Below, piece after piece: positions 21,690 through 31,306 of a stretch of 64,000 nt of DNA. This DNA comes from Desulfatiglandales bacterium. Lineage in GTDB: Bacteria > Desulfobacterota > DSM-4660 > Desulfatiglandales > Desulfatiglandaceae. The translations under genes and the position numbers were made by a program. The notes beneath the pieces were generated by a model, which worked only from the letters and a program-made list of their open reading frames with translations, was not told where the DNA came from and did not search any database. The stretch lies in NCBI GenBank assembly GCA_963662465.1, contig OY759599.1, positions 5,856,001-5,920,000 of the forward strand. The letters run 5' to 3'. Every line of letters starts with the position of its first letter. The stretch's first letter is position 1.

Positions 21690-22702
21690 TGACCTTGCCC
21701 CGGGTTTCCAAAAATCCGCGCATTCTTTTTTTATCTGTTCTGCTGTTGGCGCTGCTCCTGCCGTGGATTCCCATGGGCGTCTCCGGCAATTATCTGTTAA
21801 AGGTGCTGACCAGCGCGGTCCTGTACATGATCCTGGCACTGGGGCTCAATATGGTTCCCGGATTCACCGGTCTTCTGGACCTGGGGTATGTGGGGTTTTA
21901 CGGCATCGGCGCTTATACGTCCGGGTTGCTGTCCATCCATTATGATCTCAGCCTGTGGGTGATTCTGCCCCTTGCGGCGGCAAACGGCGCCATTTGGGGC
22001 ATTCTCCTGGGGGCGCCCACCCTTCGCCTCACCGGAGATTATTTCGCCATCGTCACCTTCGGGTTTTCCGAACTGGTGGTCCTGCTGCTTCGAAATGAAC
22101 TCTGGTTGACCCGGGGTCCCATGGGATTGCCGGGCATTTCGCCACCCGCCATTTTCGGCCATGCGTTTACATGCGACCGGCAGTATTTCTATCTGGCGTT
22201 GTTTCTTCTGGCGGTGGTGCTGGCGGTGGTTGTGCGCCTTGAGAACTCGCGGTTGGGGCGGGCCTGGTTCGCCATTCGCGAGGATGAAATCGCGGCCCAG
22301 TGCTGCGGCGTCAGCCTTATTCGCTACAAGGTCATGGCCTTTGCGGTCAGCGCCGCCATCGGCGCCATGGGGGGCGCCTTTTATGCCAAATGGTTCCGGT
22401 TTATCCATCCGGACATGTTCAAATTCTGGGAATCCATTCTCATTTTATGCCTCATCGTATTCGGGGGCATGGGAAGCATTGCCGGCGCCCTGCTGGGGGC
22501 GCTCATCCTGATCCCCTTATCTGAAATCCTGCGGGCCGTCCTGCCCCAGGGCATGTTCAATGCCCGCTACCTCATTTACGGGTTGCTCCTGGTCATTATG
22601 ATGCGGTTGCGCCCTGAAGGCCTCATCCCATTCCAGTTGTCCCGTCGCCGCAAGGCCGAACAGGCAAGGGCGCGGCTTCCGCTCTTTCTGGGCGAGGAGT
22701 AG
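21686..22702 (+). CDS. livM: BCAA ABC permease
   Basis: GLLDLGYVGF, LRLTGDYFAIVT, GRAWFAIREDE. Confidence 0.92.
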   Translation: MMTLPRVSKNPRILFLSVLLLALLLPWIPMGVSGNYLLKVLTSAVLYMILALGLNMVPGFTGLLDLGYVGFYGIGAYTSGLLSIHYDLSLWVILPLAAANGAIWGILLGAPTLRLTGDYFAIVTFGFSELVVLLLRNELWLTRGPMGLPGISPPAIFGHAFTCDRQYFYLALFLLAVVLAVVVRLENSRLGRAWFAIREDEIAAQCCGVSLIRYKVMAFAVSAAIGAMGGAFYAKWFRFIHPDMFKFWESILILCLIVFGGMGSIAGALLGALILIPLSEILRAVLPQGMFNARYLIYGLLLVIMMRLRPEGLIPFQLSRRRKAEQARARLPLFLGEE

Positions 22703-22710
22703 AAGGGGAT

Positions 22711-23892
22711 ATGGGCGCACTTCTCCAGGTTAAAAATCTTTCCAAATCCTTTGGGGGGTTGCAGGCGTTGAAAGACATCAGCCTGAAGGTGGAACCGGGA
22801 CAAATTGTGGGCATCATCGGTCCCAACGGCGCGGGAAAGACCAGCTTTTTTAATTGCCTGTCCGGCCTCTATCATCCCACCGGCGGACAAATGGAATTTG
22901 AGAACATTCACCTGGCGTCCCCCATTTCCCGGTCGGCGAAAAAGCGGATTCGCATTTTTGCCCTGATATTTTTAGGGATGGGCCTGCTTCGGCTGCCCCT
23001 TTTCTGGTCTTTTTTGTTGCCGGTGGCGTTCTTCAAGACGGAGGTCTTTTTGTTGGGGCTTTTGATCCTCTCTATTCGCTTTTTGCTGGTTCGAGGGGTG
23101 ATGCGCTTTGAAATCTGGGCATGGGGACTCATGTTTGTTTTTTTGTTATCCGATATGTGTTTTGCCGGCCTTTTTCTGAGTTCCGTGGACCTGTCCCATG
23201 TCTTGATTTTTACGGATGTTCCCCTTTATGATGCAGCTATGCCATGGGGAATGGCGGCGGGTCTTTTCAGCCTCTATTTCATGGGGATGTTGTGTACGAA
23301 AAATGTGCGTCTGATTTATGGCTTCCGAAGGCCTCCGGATGCGGTTTGCCGAATGGGACTGGCGAGGACCTTTCAGAACATCCGCCTTTTTTTCAATCTG
23401 AGCGTGTTGGACAATGTCAAGATCGGTTGCCATGGCCGCCTGCATTCCGGATTGGGGAAAACACTTTTTAAAACCCGGTTTCAGCAAACAGAAGAGGCAT
23501 CCGTTGAAAAAAAAGGCCTTCATTTTCTTCGGCTTGTGGGTTTGGAACCCAGGGCCTTTGATCTGGCCGATACCCTGGCTTACGGGGAACAGCGCCGATT
23601 GGAAATCGCCCGGGCACTGGCGTCCGAACCGAAATTGCTGCTTCTGGATGAACCGGCGGCGGGCATGAACCCCCGGGAATCGGCAGACCTCATTGAACTT
23701 GTCCGAAAGATTCAGAAAAACGGCATCGCGGTGCTGATGATTGAACATGACATGAAGGTCATGATGACGCTGGCGGATTACATCTATGTCTTTGATTATG
23801 GAACGTTGATTGCTGAAGGAACGCCCCATGCGGTCCGTGAAAACCCGAAAGTCATCGCCGCGTACCTCGGGGGAGGCGGCGGCCGATGTTGA
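22711..23892 (+). CDS. livG: BCAA ABC ATPase with internal hydrophobic insertion
   Basis: GPNGAGKT, RTFQNIRLF, LAYGEQRRLEIARAL, LDEPAAG; about 136 extra hydrophobic residues after Walker A. Confidence 0.88.
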   Translation: MGALLQVKNLSKSFGGLQALKDISLKVEPGQIVGIIGPNGAGKTSFFNCLSGLYHPTGGQMEFENIHLASPISRSAKKRIRIFALIFLGMGLLRLPLFWSFLLPVAFFKTEVFLLGLLILSIRFLLVRGVMRFEIWAWGLMFVFLLSDMCFAGLFLSSVDLSHVLIFTDVPLYDAAMPWGMAAGLFSLYFMGMLCTKNVRLIYGFRRPPDAVCRMGLARTFQNIRLFFNLSVLDNVKIGCHGRLHSGLGKTLFKTRFQQTEEASVEKKGLHFLRLVGLEPRAFDLADTLAYGEQRRLEIARALASEPKLLLLDEPAAGMNPRESADLIELVRKIQKNGIAVLMIEHDMKVMMTLADYIYVFDYGTLIAEGTPHAVRENPKVIAAYLGGGGGRC

Positions 23893-24587
23893 GACTTCTA
23901 AGCGTCCACAGTTATTATCGAAAAATTCATGCGCTCAAAGGCATATCCCTGAGGGTCCGGGAAAAAAGCATCTGTTGCCTCATCGGGGCCAACGGGGCCG
24001 GCAAATCCACCACCCTCATGGCCATCAGCGGCATTCAGGGGATTACCGCCGGGGACATCCTGTTTGAAGGGGAGGATATTCACAAGTTGTCGCCTGAGAA
24101 GATCGTTTCCCGGGGGGTGGTGCAGGCGCCTGAAGGACGCCGCATCTTTCCGGATCTTACAGTCCGGGAAAATCTGATGTTGGGGGCCTATTTGAACCGG
24201 GATCGGAGAAAAATCGCTAAGTTAATGGAAAAGGCCTTTATCCTTTTTCCCATTCTGAAAGAGCGATCCACCCAGAGCGGCGGCACCCTTTCGGGAGGGG
24301 AGCAGCAGATGCTGGCTATGGCCCGGGCCTTGATGGCGTCCCCCAGACTGCTTTTGCTGGATGAGCCGTCGCTGGGGCTGGCCCCCCTGGTGGTAGCGCA
24401 AATCATGGACATTATTCGCCGAATACGGGAACAAGGCTTGACGGTCCTTCTCGTGGAACAGAATGCCAACGCCGCTTTGGAACTGGGAGACTACGGTTAC
24501 GTTATTGAAACGGGTCGGGTGGTTCTTGAGGGAAAAGGCGCTGAATTGCTTGAAAATCCGAGGGTTAGGGAAGCTTATTTGGGGTAG
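23886..24587 (+). CDS. livF: BCAA ABC ATPase
   Basis: GANGAGKST, PEGRRIF, LSGGEQQMLA. Confidence 0.93.
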   Translation: MLRLLSVHSYYRKIHALKGISLRVREKSICCLIGANGAGKSTTLMAISGIQGITAGDILFEGEDIHKLSPEKIVSRGVVQAPEGRRIFPDLTVRENLMLGAYLNRDRRKIAKLMEKAFILFPILKERSTQSGGTLSGGEQQMLAMARALMASPRLLLLDEPSLGLAPLVVAQIMDIIRRIREQGLTVLLVEQNANAALELGDYGYVIETGRVVLEGKGAELLENPRVREAYLG

Positions 24588-24620
24588 ATCCTAGCCAAAG
24601 ATATTTGAAATTTTTAAAAA

Positions 24621-24697
24621 CGAATATCGAATGTCGAACAAGGAATGTCCAATGATGAAGTTTTACTTCGACATTCATTATTCCTTGTTCGATATTC
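24621..24697. repeat. Inverted heptamer-based palindrome
   Basis: GAATGTCGAACAAGGAATG...GAAGT is nearly the reverse complement of ACTTCGACATTC...TTCCTTGTTCGATATTC. Confidence 0.8.
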
Positions 24698-24784
24698 TGC
24701 GGTTCAAAAAAATACTTTTAAATGCAACATGTTACAAATGTGAGAGATGAACTCTCAGAATGATTGAGTAAGAACCTAATATAA

Positions 24785-24810
24785 GGGCAGACGCACAGGT
24801 CTGCCCCTAC
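24785..24810 (-). repeat. GTAG-type REP-like hairpin
   Basis: GGGCAGAC-loop-GTCTGCCC followed by CTAC. Confidence 0.65.
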
Positions 24811-24885
24811 GAGCAATATCGACGTTGGCCGAAACAATGATCAAGGCCGCTTATTTTAAACAATAAACTTAAGGAGAAACTTTTA

Positions 24886-25059
24886 ATGGAAGAGAAAAAA
24901 CAAAAAAACAACGAACCGCTTCCCGGTCGCATGGAAGTGTTGAGGGATTTGCCGGCGGATATCCTGAGAAGTCTTACCAAGGAAGAGGTTAAAGCGTTTG
25001 TGTTTGAAGAAATCTGGCCCGTTTCCCTGAGCGAGAAACTGGCGCAATATCTGGCCTGA
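24886..25059 (+). CDS. Small hypothetical protein (57 aa), not in the ORF track
   Basis: AAGGAG RBS at 24871; MEEKKQKNNEPLPGRMEVLRDLPADILRSLTKEEVKAFVFEEIWPVSLSEKLAQYLA. Confidence 0.7.
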   Translation: MEEKKQKNNEPLPGRMEVLRDLPADILRSLTKEEVKAFVFEEIWPVSLSEKLAQYLA

Positions 25060-25196
25060 TAAACAAATCAGACCGAACCGTTTACGTTTTAAAAAACTGT
25101 AAACTGCGAACCGGCAACCGTAAACGGTTCCCTATTGACTTTGTTTGCCGGATCATTATAGTGCAGATCTAATGAAAATATTGGAAATAAATATTT

Positions 25197-26003
25197 ATGG
25201 AAGACATTCAAAACCACAGAGACCACCGAAATATTGATATCGACCAGGTGGGCGTCAAGGGCATCAAGTACCCCATTACAGTTCTGGATAAGGACATGGG
25301 GGAACAACAGACCGTAGCGGAAATCAACATGTATGTAAACCTGCCCCGCTATTATAAGGGCACCCACATGAGCCGGTTTGTCGAGATTCTAAATGAACAC
25401 AGCCGGCGTATATCGTTGCGGAATTTCTCCGAGATTCTGGAAGAAATGAAAAAACGCCTGAACGCCGAAAGCGCCCATATGGAAATGCGTTTCCCTTATT
25501 TTATCAACAAATCGGCGCCGGTAACCGGTTCCAACGGATTGATGGAATACAAATGCGCCTTCAAAGGGGCGCTGAACAGCGGCAGCGATCTGGTCATGAT
25601 GATTCATGTGCCTATTTCAACCCTGTGTCCCTGCTCCAAGGAGATCAGTGATTTCGGAGCGCACAATCAGCGGGGCGAGGTGCGGCTTCAGGTTCGCTTC
25701 AAAAAATTCGTGTGGATTGAAGATTTGATCAAACTGGTTGAAGAATCCGCCTCATGTGAAGTTTATTCGGTTCTTAAAAGAGAAGATGAAAAATATGTCA
25801 CCGAAAAAGCCTACGAAAATCCCATGTTTGTGGAAGACATTGTTCGGGATATTGCCATGAAATTGAGTAATGACCCCAATATTACCTGGTTTGCCGTGGA
25901 ATCCGAGAATTTCGAATCCATTCATAATCATAACGCCTATGCATACATCGAAAACGGCAAGGGCCATAAGAACCATCGACAGTTAGGAGGAAGCAATGGC
26001 TGA
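25197..26003 (+). CDS. folE2: GTP cyclohydrolase FolE2 (type IB)
   Basis: KGTHMSRF, TLCPCSKEIS, GAHNQR, ESIHNHNAYA. Confidence 0.95.
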   Translation: MEDIQNHRDHRNIDIDQVGVKGIKYPITVLDKDMGEQQTVAEINMYVNLPRYYKGTHMSRFVEILNEHSRRISLRNFSEILEEMKKRLNAESAHMEMRFPYFINKSAPVTGSNGLMEYKCAFKGALNSGSDLVMMIHVPISTLCPCSKEISDFGAHNQRGEVRLQVRFKKFVWIEDLIKLVEESASCEVYSVLKREDEKYVTEKAYENPMFVEDIVRDIAMKLSNDPNITWFAVESENFESIHNHNAYAYIENGKGHKNHRQLGGSNG

Positions 26004-27291
26004 CGACCTGAAAAAGATGTACAAAACCGTCATGGATGATCATTTCCCAATGGAGGTTACCATTTCATTCGGGGACCAAACGCTTAGCTACCGAAAAAAA
26101 TCCTGGCGGATTCCCGATGCGAACAGCGGCGAAATAATTGAAAAAGGGCTCAGGTACGGTGAAAACCCCGGGCAGGAGGCGGCCCTTTATGAACTGGTTC
26201 GGGGGAACCTTAAACTGGGGGCGTGCCAATTCATTGACGCCGGAAACGGTTTGGTTTCCGCCATTTCGGAAGAAGATATGCTTCAGAGCGGCAAACATCC
26301 CGGGAAGATCAACCTGACCGACGTGGACAATGCCCTGAACATCATGAAATATCTGGATGTGGGGCCGGCAGCCGTCATTGTCAAGCACAACAACCCCTGC
26401 GGCGTGGCCTATGGCGCCACCCTTGTGGAGGCCTATGAAAAGGCGGATATGGCGGATCGGATTGCGGCCTTTGGCGGGTGCGCCCTCTTTAACCGGTCTG
26501 TGGACAAGGCAACGGCGGCGCGGATTTCCGAAAATTATCTGGAAGTGGTGGCAGCCCCTGATTTTGAAGCGGGCAGCGTTGAAATTTTGTCAAAGCGGAC
26601 CAACCTGCGCATTATCCGGGTTCCCCGAATGGATCGGATCAGGCAATACGCCGAAAAAAGATTCGTGGATTTCAAAAGTTTAATTGATGGGGGCTTCATT
26701 GTACAGCAATCGCCCTTGAACCGCATCAAATCCATGAAGGATCTAACCCTTGCCGCCGCAGATCATCAAGGAAAATCTTATGTCATTGAGCGAAAGCCCA
26801 CGGCGGAGGAATATGCGGATCTGCTGTTCGGATGGCAGGTGGAGCAGGGGGTAACTTCCAATTCGGTTATTTATGTCAAAGACGGGGTCACCGTGGGCAT
26901 CGGGACCGGCGAGCAGGACCGGGTGGGCGTGGCGGAGATCGGTATTTTCAAGGCCTATACCAAATATGCGGATGCCCTGTGTTTCAAGCGCCATGGCATC
27001 CCTTATCAGGATCTGGCGCTTCAGGTGGAAAAAGGCGATGCCGGCAGCGACCGCCTGCGTGACATCGATGCGGAAACAAAAGCGGCCAAAGGCGGCCTTA
27101 TGGGTGCGTCAATGGTGTCGGATGCCTTTTTTCCTTTCAGGGACGGCGTGGACGTGGCCATCAAGGAGGGTATCCGCGCCATCGTACAACCGGGCGGTTC
27201 CATGAGGGATTTTGAAGTGATAGAGGCCTGCAATGAAGCCGACCCTCAGGTTTCGATGGTATTTACCGGACAAAGAGCATTTAAACATTAG
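25996..27291 (+). CDS. purH: AICAR transformylase (PurH C-terminal domain only)
   Basis: LRYGENPGQ, KHNNPCG, AFGG, SNSV, SDAFFPFRD, QPGGS, RAFKH. Confidence 0.85.
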   Translation: MADDLKKMYKTVMDDHFPMEVTISFGDQTLSYRKKSWRIPDANSGEIIEKGLRYGENPGQEAALYELVRGNLKLGACQFIDAGNGLVSAISEEDMLQSGKHPGKINLTDVDNALNIMKYLDVGPAAVIVKHNNPCGVAYGATLVEAYEKADMADRIAAFGGCALFNRSVDKATAARISENYLEVVAAPDFEAGSVEILSKRTNLRIIRVPRMDRIRQYAEKRFVDFKSLIDGGFIVQQSPLNRIKSMKDLTLAAADHQGKSYVIERKPTAEEYADLLFGWQVEQGVTSNSVIYVKDGVTVGIGTGEQDRVGVAEIGIFKAYTKYADALCFKRHGIPYQDLALQVEKGDAGSDRLRDIDAETKAAKGGLMGASMVSDAFFPFRDGVDVAIKEGIRAIVQPGGSMRDFEVIEACNEADPQVSMVFTGQRAFKH

Positions 27292-27310
27292 AAAATGGGA
27301 GAGCAAGACC

Positions 27311-27874
27311 ATGTACAGCGCAAGCGACCTCCGAAAGGGGTTGAAAATTGAAATTGACGGTGAACCCTATGTGGTGACGGTTTTTGAGTTTTCCAAACCG
27401 GGAAAGGGCCAGTCCCTTTACAAATGCAAACTGAAAAATATGATCACCGGCGTTATTATTGATCCGACTTACCGATCCGGGGATAGCTTCAAACCGGCGG
27501 ATCTTTCGGAGAGAAAGATGCAGTATCTGTATAACCAGGACGATGAATTCTGGTTTATGGATGTGGAAAACTATGAGCAGTCCGTCCTGAAGGAAGATCA
27601 GGTGGGCGATGCCAAAAACTATCTCATTGACAATCTGGAAGTGAACGTCCTTTTTTTCGGGGATCGACCCATCGGCATTACCGTGCCCAATTTTGTGGAT
27701 CTCACCGTAACCAAGGCGGACCCCTGGGCCAAGGGAGACTCCGTGACCGGCGATACCAAACCGATTATCCTGGAAACAGGTTATGAACTGCGAGTGCCCC
27801 CGTTTGTTGAAGAGGGCGGGAAAATTACCGTTGACACGAGAACGGGGGAGTATGTCACACGGGTCAAGGAATAG
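27311..27874 (+). CDS. efp: Elongation factor P
   Basis: KPGKG loop, KPIILETG, VPPFV, DTRTGEYVTR; start at MYSASDL. Confidence 0.95.
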   Translation: MYSASDLRKGLKIEIDGEPYVVTVFEFSKPGKGQSLYKCKLKNMITGVIIDPTYRSGDSFKPADLSERKMQYLYNQDDEFWFMDVENYEQSVLKEDQVGDAKNYLIDNLEVNVLFFGDRPIGITVPNFVDLTVTKADPWAKGDSVTGDTKPIILETGYELRVPPFVEEGGKITVDTRTGEYVTRVKE

Positions 27875-28805
27875 ATCTTTCAAGGATGACCTGGCGGCCT
27901 TTGAAGAACGCAAACCCCATCTGTTGTTGCGGGCTCGGATGGTTCAGAGTCTTCGGGAATTTTTCATCACCCGGGGATACCTGGAAATCGAAACGCCTCA
28001 GCTGATATCCGCGCCTGCCCCGGAAACCCATATCGAATCCATTCCCGTCCGCGACCGCTATCTGCATTCGTCCCCGGAACTGTGTATGAAACGCCTGCTG
28101 GCCTTTGGTTTTCCCAAAATATTTCAAATTGCCAGATGTTTCAGGGACGGTGAAAGGGGCGGTTTCCATCTTCCCGAATTCTCCCTGCTGGAATGGTACC
28201 GGACAAAGATCGACTATCACGCACTCATGGCAGAGTGTGAAGCGCTGGTCCTCTTTTTGTCTCACCGGTTTGATATGGGAACCCGTCTCCGATACCGGGG
28301 CGTGGATATCGATCTGAATCGACCCTGGGAAAGGATTTCCGTTCAAACCGCCTTTGATCGATATGCTTCCGTTTCCCTGGATCAGGCGATGAATAGCGAT
28401 CGCTTTGACCTGGTTATGGTTGAGGAAATCGAACATCATCTGGGAGTTACGACCCCTACCTTTCTCTATGATTATCCGGCGCCCCTGGCGGCGCTGGCGC
28501 GATTGAAACCGGAGGATCACTCCCTTGCGGAACGGTTTGAACTCTATGTGGCAGGCGTTGAACTGGCCAACGGTTTTTCTGAACTGAACGACGCCCGTGA
28601 GCAGAGGGCGCGGTTTGAAACGGCGCTTCAAGAAAGGGCGCTATTGGGAAAAGGCATTTCTCCCATGCCGGAGCGATTTTTGACAGCCTTGAAACACATG
28701 CCCAATGCCGCCGGGATTGCCCTGGGGGTGGATCGTCTGGCGATGATGCTTTCCGGCGCCGACAGCATTGACCAGGTGGTGGCTTTTACGCCGGAGGAAG
28801 TGTAG
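27852..28805 (+). CDS. epmA: EF-P lysine aminoacylase EpmA/GenX
   Basis: HSSPELCMKRLL, FRDGE, PEFSLLEWYR, ELANGFSEL, GIALGVDRL; adjacent to efp. Confidence 0.92.
   Translation: MSHGSRNRSFKDDLAAFEERKPHLLLRARMVQSLREFFITRGYLEIETPQLISAPAPETHIESIPVRDRYLHSSPELCMKRLLAFGFPKIFQIARCFRDGERGGFHLPEFSLLEWYRTKIDYHALMAECEALVLFLSHRFDMGTRLRYRGVDIDLNRPWERISVQTAFDRYASVSLDQAMNSDRFDLVMVEEIEHHLGVTTPTFLYDYPAPLAALARLKPEDHSLAERFELYVAGVELANGFSELNDAREQRARFETALQERALLGKGISPMPERFLTALKHMPNAAGIALGVDRLAMMLSGADSIDQVVAFTPEEV
28738..28766 (+). repeat. 29-bp direct repeat, copy 1 (inside epmA 3' end)
   Basis: TGGCGATGATGCTTTCCGGCGCCGACAGC, identical at 48425-48453. Confidence 0.9.
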
Positions 28806-29142
28806 CCTGGAAGATTGCTAATTTCAGATTACACCAAAAAGGGAATGGGCGAAAGATTTTTCGCTCCAATGGTGTTTCCGGCATCCATCGTGGATATAAG
28901 GCGGGGCAGTTTCTCATTTGTTTGAACCTTGATTTTTTATTCACGCTGCCGGCATCGTCAAGGCAATCAGGAACATCCTTTTTAATCATGGTTCAAAACG
29001 ATACTGTATGGTTGGGCTTCACATCTCAACAAAAATATTCGGCATCCTTCATTTTCCAGTTTACACTTTTGTCCCCATGCATCTCGTTTCCAAGAATGAA
29101 ACTCCGCTGTGAGAGCGGTGTCCCGCCGCGACAGTCGAGGCT

Positions 29143-29170
29143 GTAGAGACAAGGCATGCCTTGTCTCTAC
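29143..29170. repeat. REP-like perfect palindrome
   Basis: GTAGAGACAAGGCATGCCTTGTCTCTAC. Confidence 0.8.
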
Positions 29171-29459
29171 TCACAGCAGGCGCCTGCGATGTATTTTTAT
29201 GGTAAACCCTCATGGCAAGGGGGTTTGCCACCCTGCGGATGAAAATGGCGGCAGAACCCATAGCCCATCTCCTATGGCCTATCGCCTGTTTTCATGGAAA
29301 AAATCCGGAAGGTTTTCGATCCGCCTCTTGACAGGTAGTTTTCGATATCTCCTCCGGCAAATTTTTGGTCCCCGAAACCCTGACAACCCGTCCGGGAGAG
29401 CGGGACTGGTGTGAATCACGACCGTTGGAGAGTATCCTCGTTCTTACGCACTACACTCC

Positions 29460-29488
29460 CTCGTTCCCACGCTCTGCGTGGGAACGAG
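29460..29488. repeat. REP-like hairpin (degenerate relatives near 30150-30300)
   Basis: CTCGTTCCCACGC-TCT-GCGTGGGAACGAG. Confidence 0.75.
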
Positions 29489-29489
29489 A

Positions 29490-29966
29490 GGAAGAGCCGA
29501 ATGTCTTGTGTACCTTCTCTAAATTTGCCATCTTCTCCAACAGCCTTGATTTACACCCGAGCGGGACGTCCACAGGCCTGGCTTGAACGGCATTTGAATG
29601 TTTCTCGGCGGGCGCGGCAAAAACAGTTGTATCGTTACGTGGAAAGATCTCGGCCTTTTTGACGGAAGTATTCTTTCGAATTGTCACATGTTCGGCAACC
29701 GAGGGCCTTTCTTTGACGATTTCGCAATACAAAGAAACGGTATCCAAGGCTTATCTGATTTGATAATCTTTCTGTTTTTTCTGATGGAGTTTTTCGATAA
29801 AATGACTGAGGCTTTCATGTTTTGAGACCGGATGATGATATTTTTGTCAAAAATCCCAGTAAAATCGAAGCCATTTTTTGTAATATGCCTGAAATCGCTT
29901 TTGAACGGGTTTCCGATCGAGAAAATCCTGAAAACGCGTTATGATGTCTGGTGGAACTGGAATTAT
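29490..29966 (-). pseudogene. intI: Truncated integron integrase (N-terminal extension only)
   Basis: AGGAGG then ATA in place of ATG; IIPVPPDI..YKKWLRFYWDF*QKYHH..SLSHFIEKL..KKQKDYQIR*ALDTVSLY has two in-frame stops. Resembles the N-terminus I recall for deltaproteobacterial IntI; divergent from the attC array; no catalytic domain. Confidence 0.6.
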
Positions 29967-30431
29967 GATATGCCCTCCTATTAGACGTTCAATATCAAAA
30001 ATACGCATATTATACAGCCCGCATACACCATACCATTTATCTTTTTCGATAATAATTTCATGTCGGCTTTCAACCGGCAAATCATAATGAGCCTCAGAGA
30101 AAAAGCCGGAAATTAGCAATTCTCATTTTGGAATTACGATCTCCTCATTCTGGTTCACACGCTCTATGTTGGAATCCGCCTCTGGTCTATCTGTGTCTAA
30201 GCCATGAATATACCCAATTTAAACCAGTGTTTTTCGAGTTTTCCGCAGGACGCGGAGCGTCCCAAAACTATTCCCACATTAGAACGTATGAACGAGAGCG
30301 AAAGCCAAGTCCTAATGAGAATTCCTAATTAAATATTTCGCAGAAAATAAAAACATTGACCTTGTGTTTTTCCATCAAATAATTTACAAAATACAGATTT
30401 CAGGGGGAGATTGGTTCGATTTTGTCGGATA

Positions 30432-30486
30432 ATATACGGAAACGGATATTTGATGACAAAAAAAACCGTATAATCACTGGTTGTGC
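30432..30486 (+). other. Candidate attI site
   Basis: R-box GTTGTGC (30480-30486) upstream of the divergent intI remnant; exact reverse complement of the first attC R'' GCACAAC. Confidence 0.55.
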
Positions 30487-30579
30487 TTGCGACACGATGT
30501 CGCATAGTTTGAGTGTATTCATGTAGTTACATGTAGTACCCGGTATGTTCCTACCGGACCCTACGCAGGCATGCTGCCG

Positions 30580-31276
30580 TTGCGCTGATGACGGGGTGTG
30601 AAGCCCTGCGGACAACGTACCGAATCGGGTTCAAATGGCGACAGGAGAACCCCTCCGGGAATCCTCCCCGGTTAAGGGCTAGGGTCGGATGATATGGTGA
30701 AGGTATCTGAATGTCTTTAAGCGTCGATTACAAGCGAAGGACCTACGAGGATTAATAGATCTTATGCCGCTGCCCAGTGTCAGCGGATGTGGTCAGGTTG
30801 CAGGTCTGTCAACTGCCTGCACGGAACTGTTATACCACCGGCGTAGAGGGCGCACCTAAGTCATCCATTGGATCAACTATGTGGAACGTGGAAACCCGGT
30901 CCCGTCGCCCCTTTTGGGGGCAGGCTAACCGCAAGGCATGCTGTTGGCGGGCCGGAGTAGGAGGCTGAAAAAAGCGAATGCCGGGCCGTAATGGTCCGGA
31001 TACCGGGTGAAACATTCCCGGCTCCGTAAGGAGGCAGACGTTCAGCGCGGTGCCCGATCACGTGAACACCGGAGGAATCAGATGAAAGCGGGGAAAGCAG
31101 CCAGTGAAACGGGCGAATGACGGCCCTTGAGGCTGGTGCGCCCCGTGCGCCTTTGGCTATTCTGACAGCTGGCCTGTAACGTGAAGTGGATGCAAATCTG
31201 CGGGAATCCCCACCAGGGAAACCTTTTCGGGGGCTTGAGCCACGTGAGGTGAAAGTCTCATGCGTGGTTCTGAGGG
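30580..31276 (+). ncRNA. ORF-less group II intron, domains I-V (5' boundary approximate)
   Basis: TTGCG candidate start; canonical 34-nt domain V GAGCCACGTGAGGTGAAAGTCTCATGCGTGGTTC at 31237-31270 (AGC triad, GAAA loop, 2-nt bulge); no RT ORF. Confidence 0.85.
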
Positions 31277-31306
31277 TAATAGCGGCATAATACACACCTC
31301 CGTACG

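Noticed and set aside
29325..29435. TTGACA followed by GC-rich sequence; possible riboswitch, antisense RNA or tRNA
   Set aside because: Could not match any family by eye; needs an Rfam scan
30873..31295. 140-aa minus ORF as possible intron-encoded protein
   Set aside because: Antisense to the ribozyme, no RT motifs; the meaningful start nearby is the ATG at 31288 in another frame
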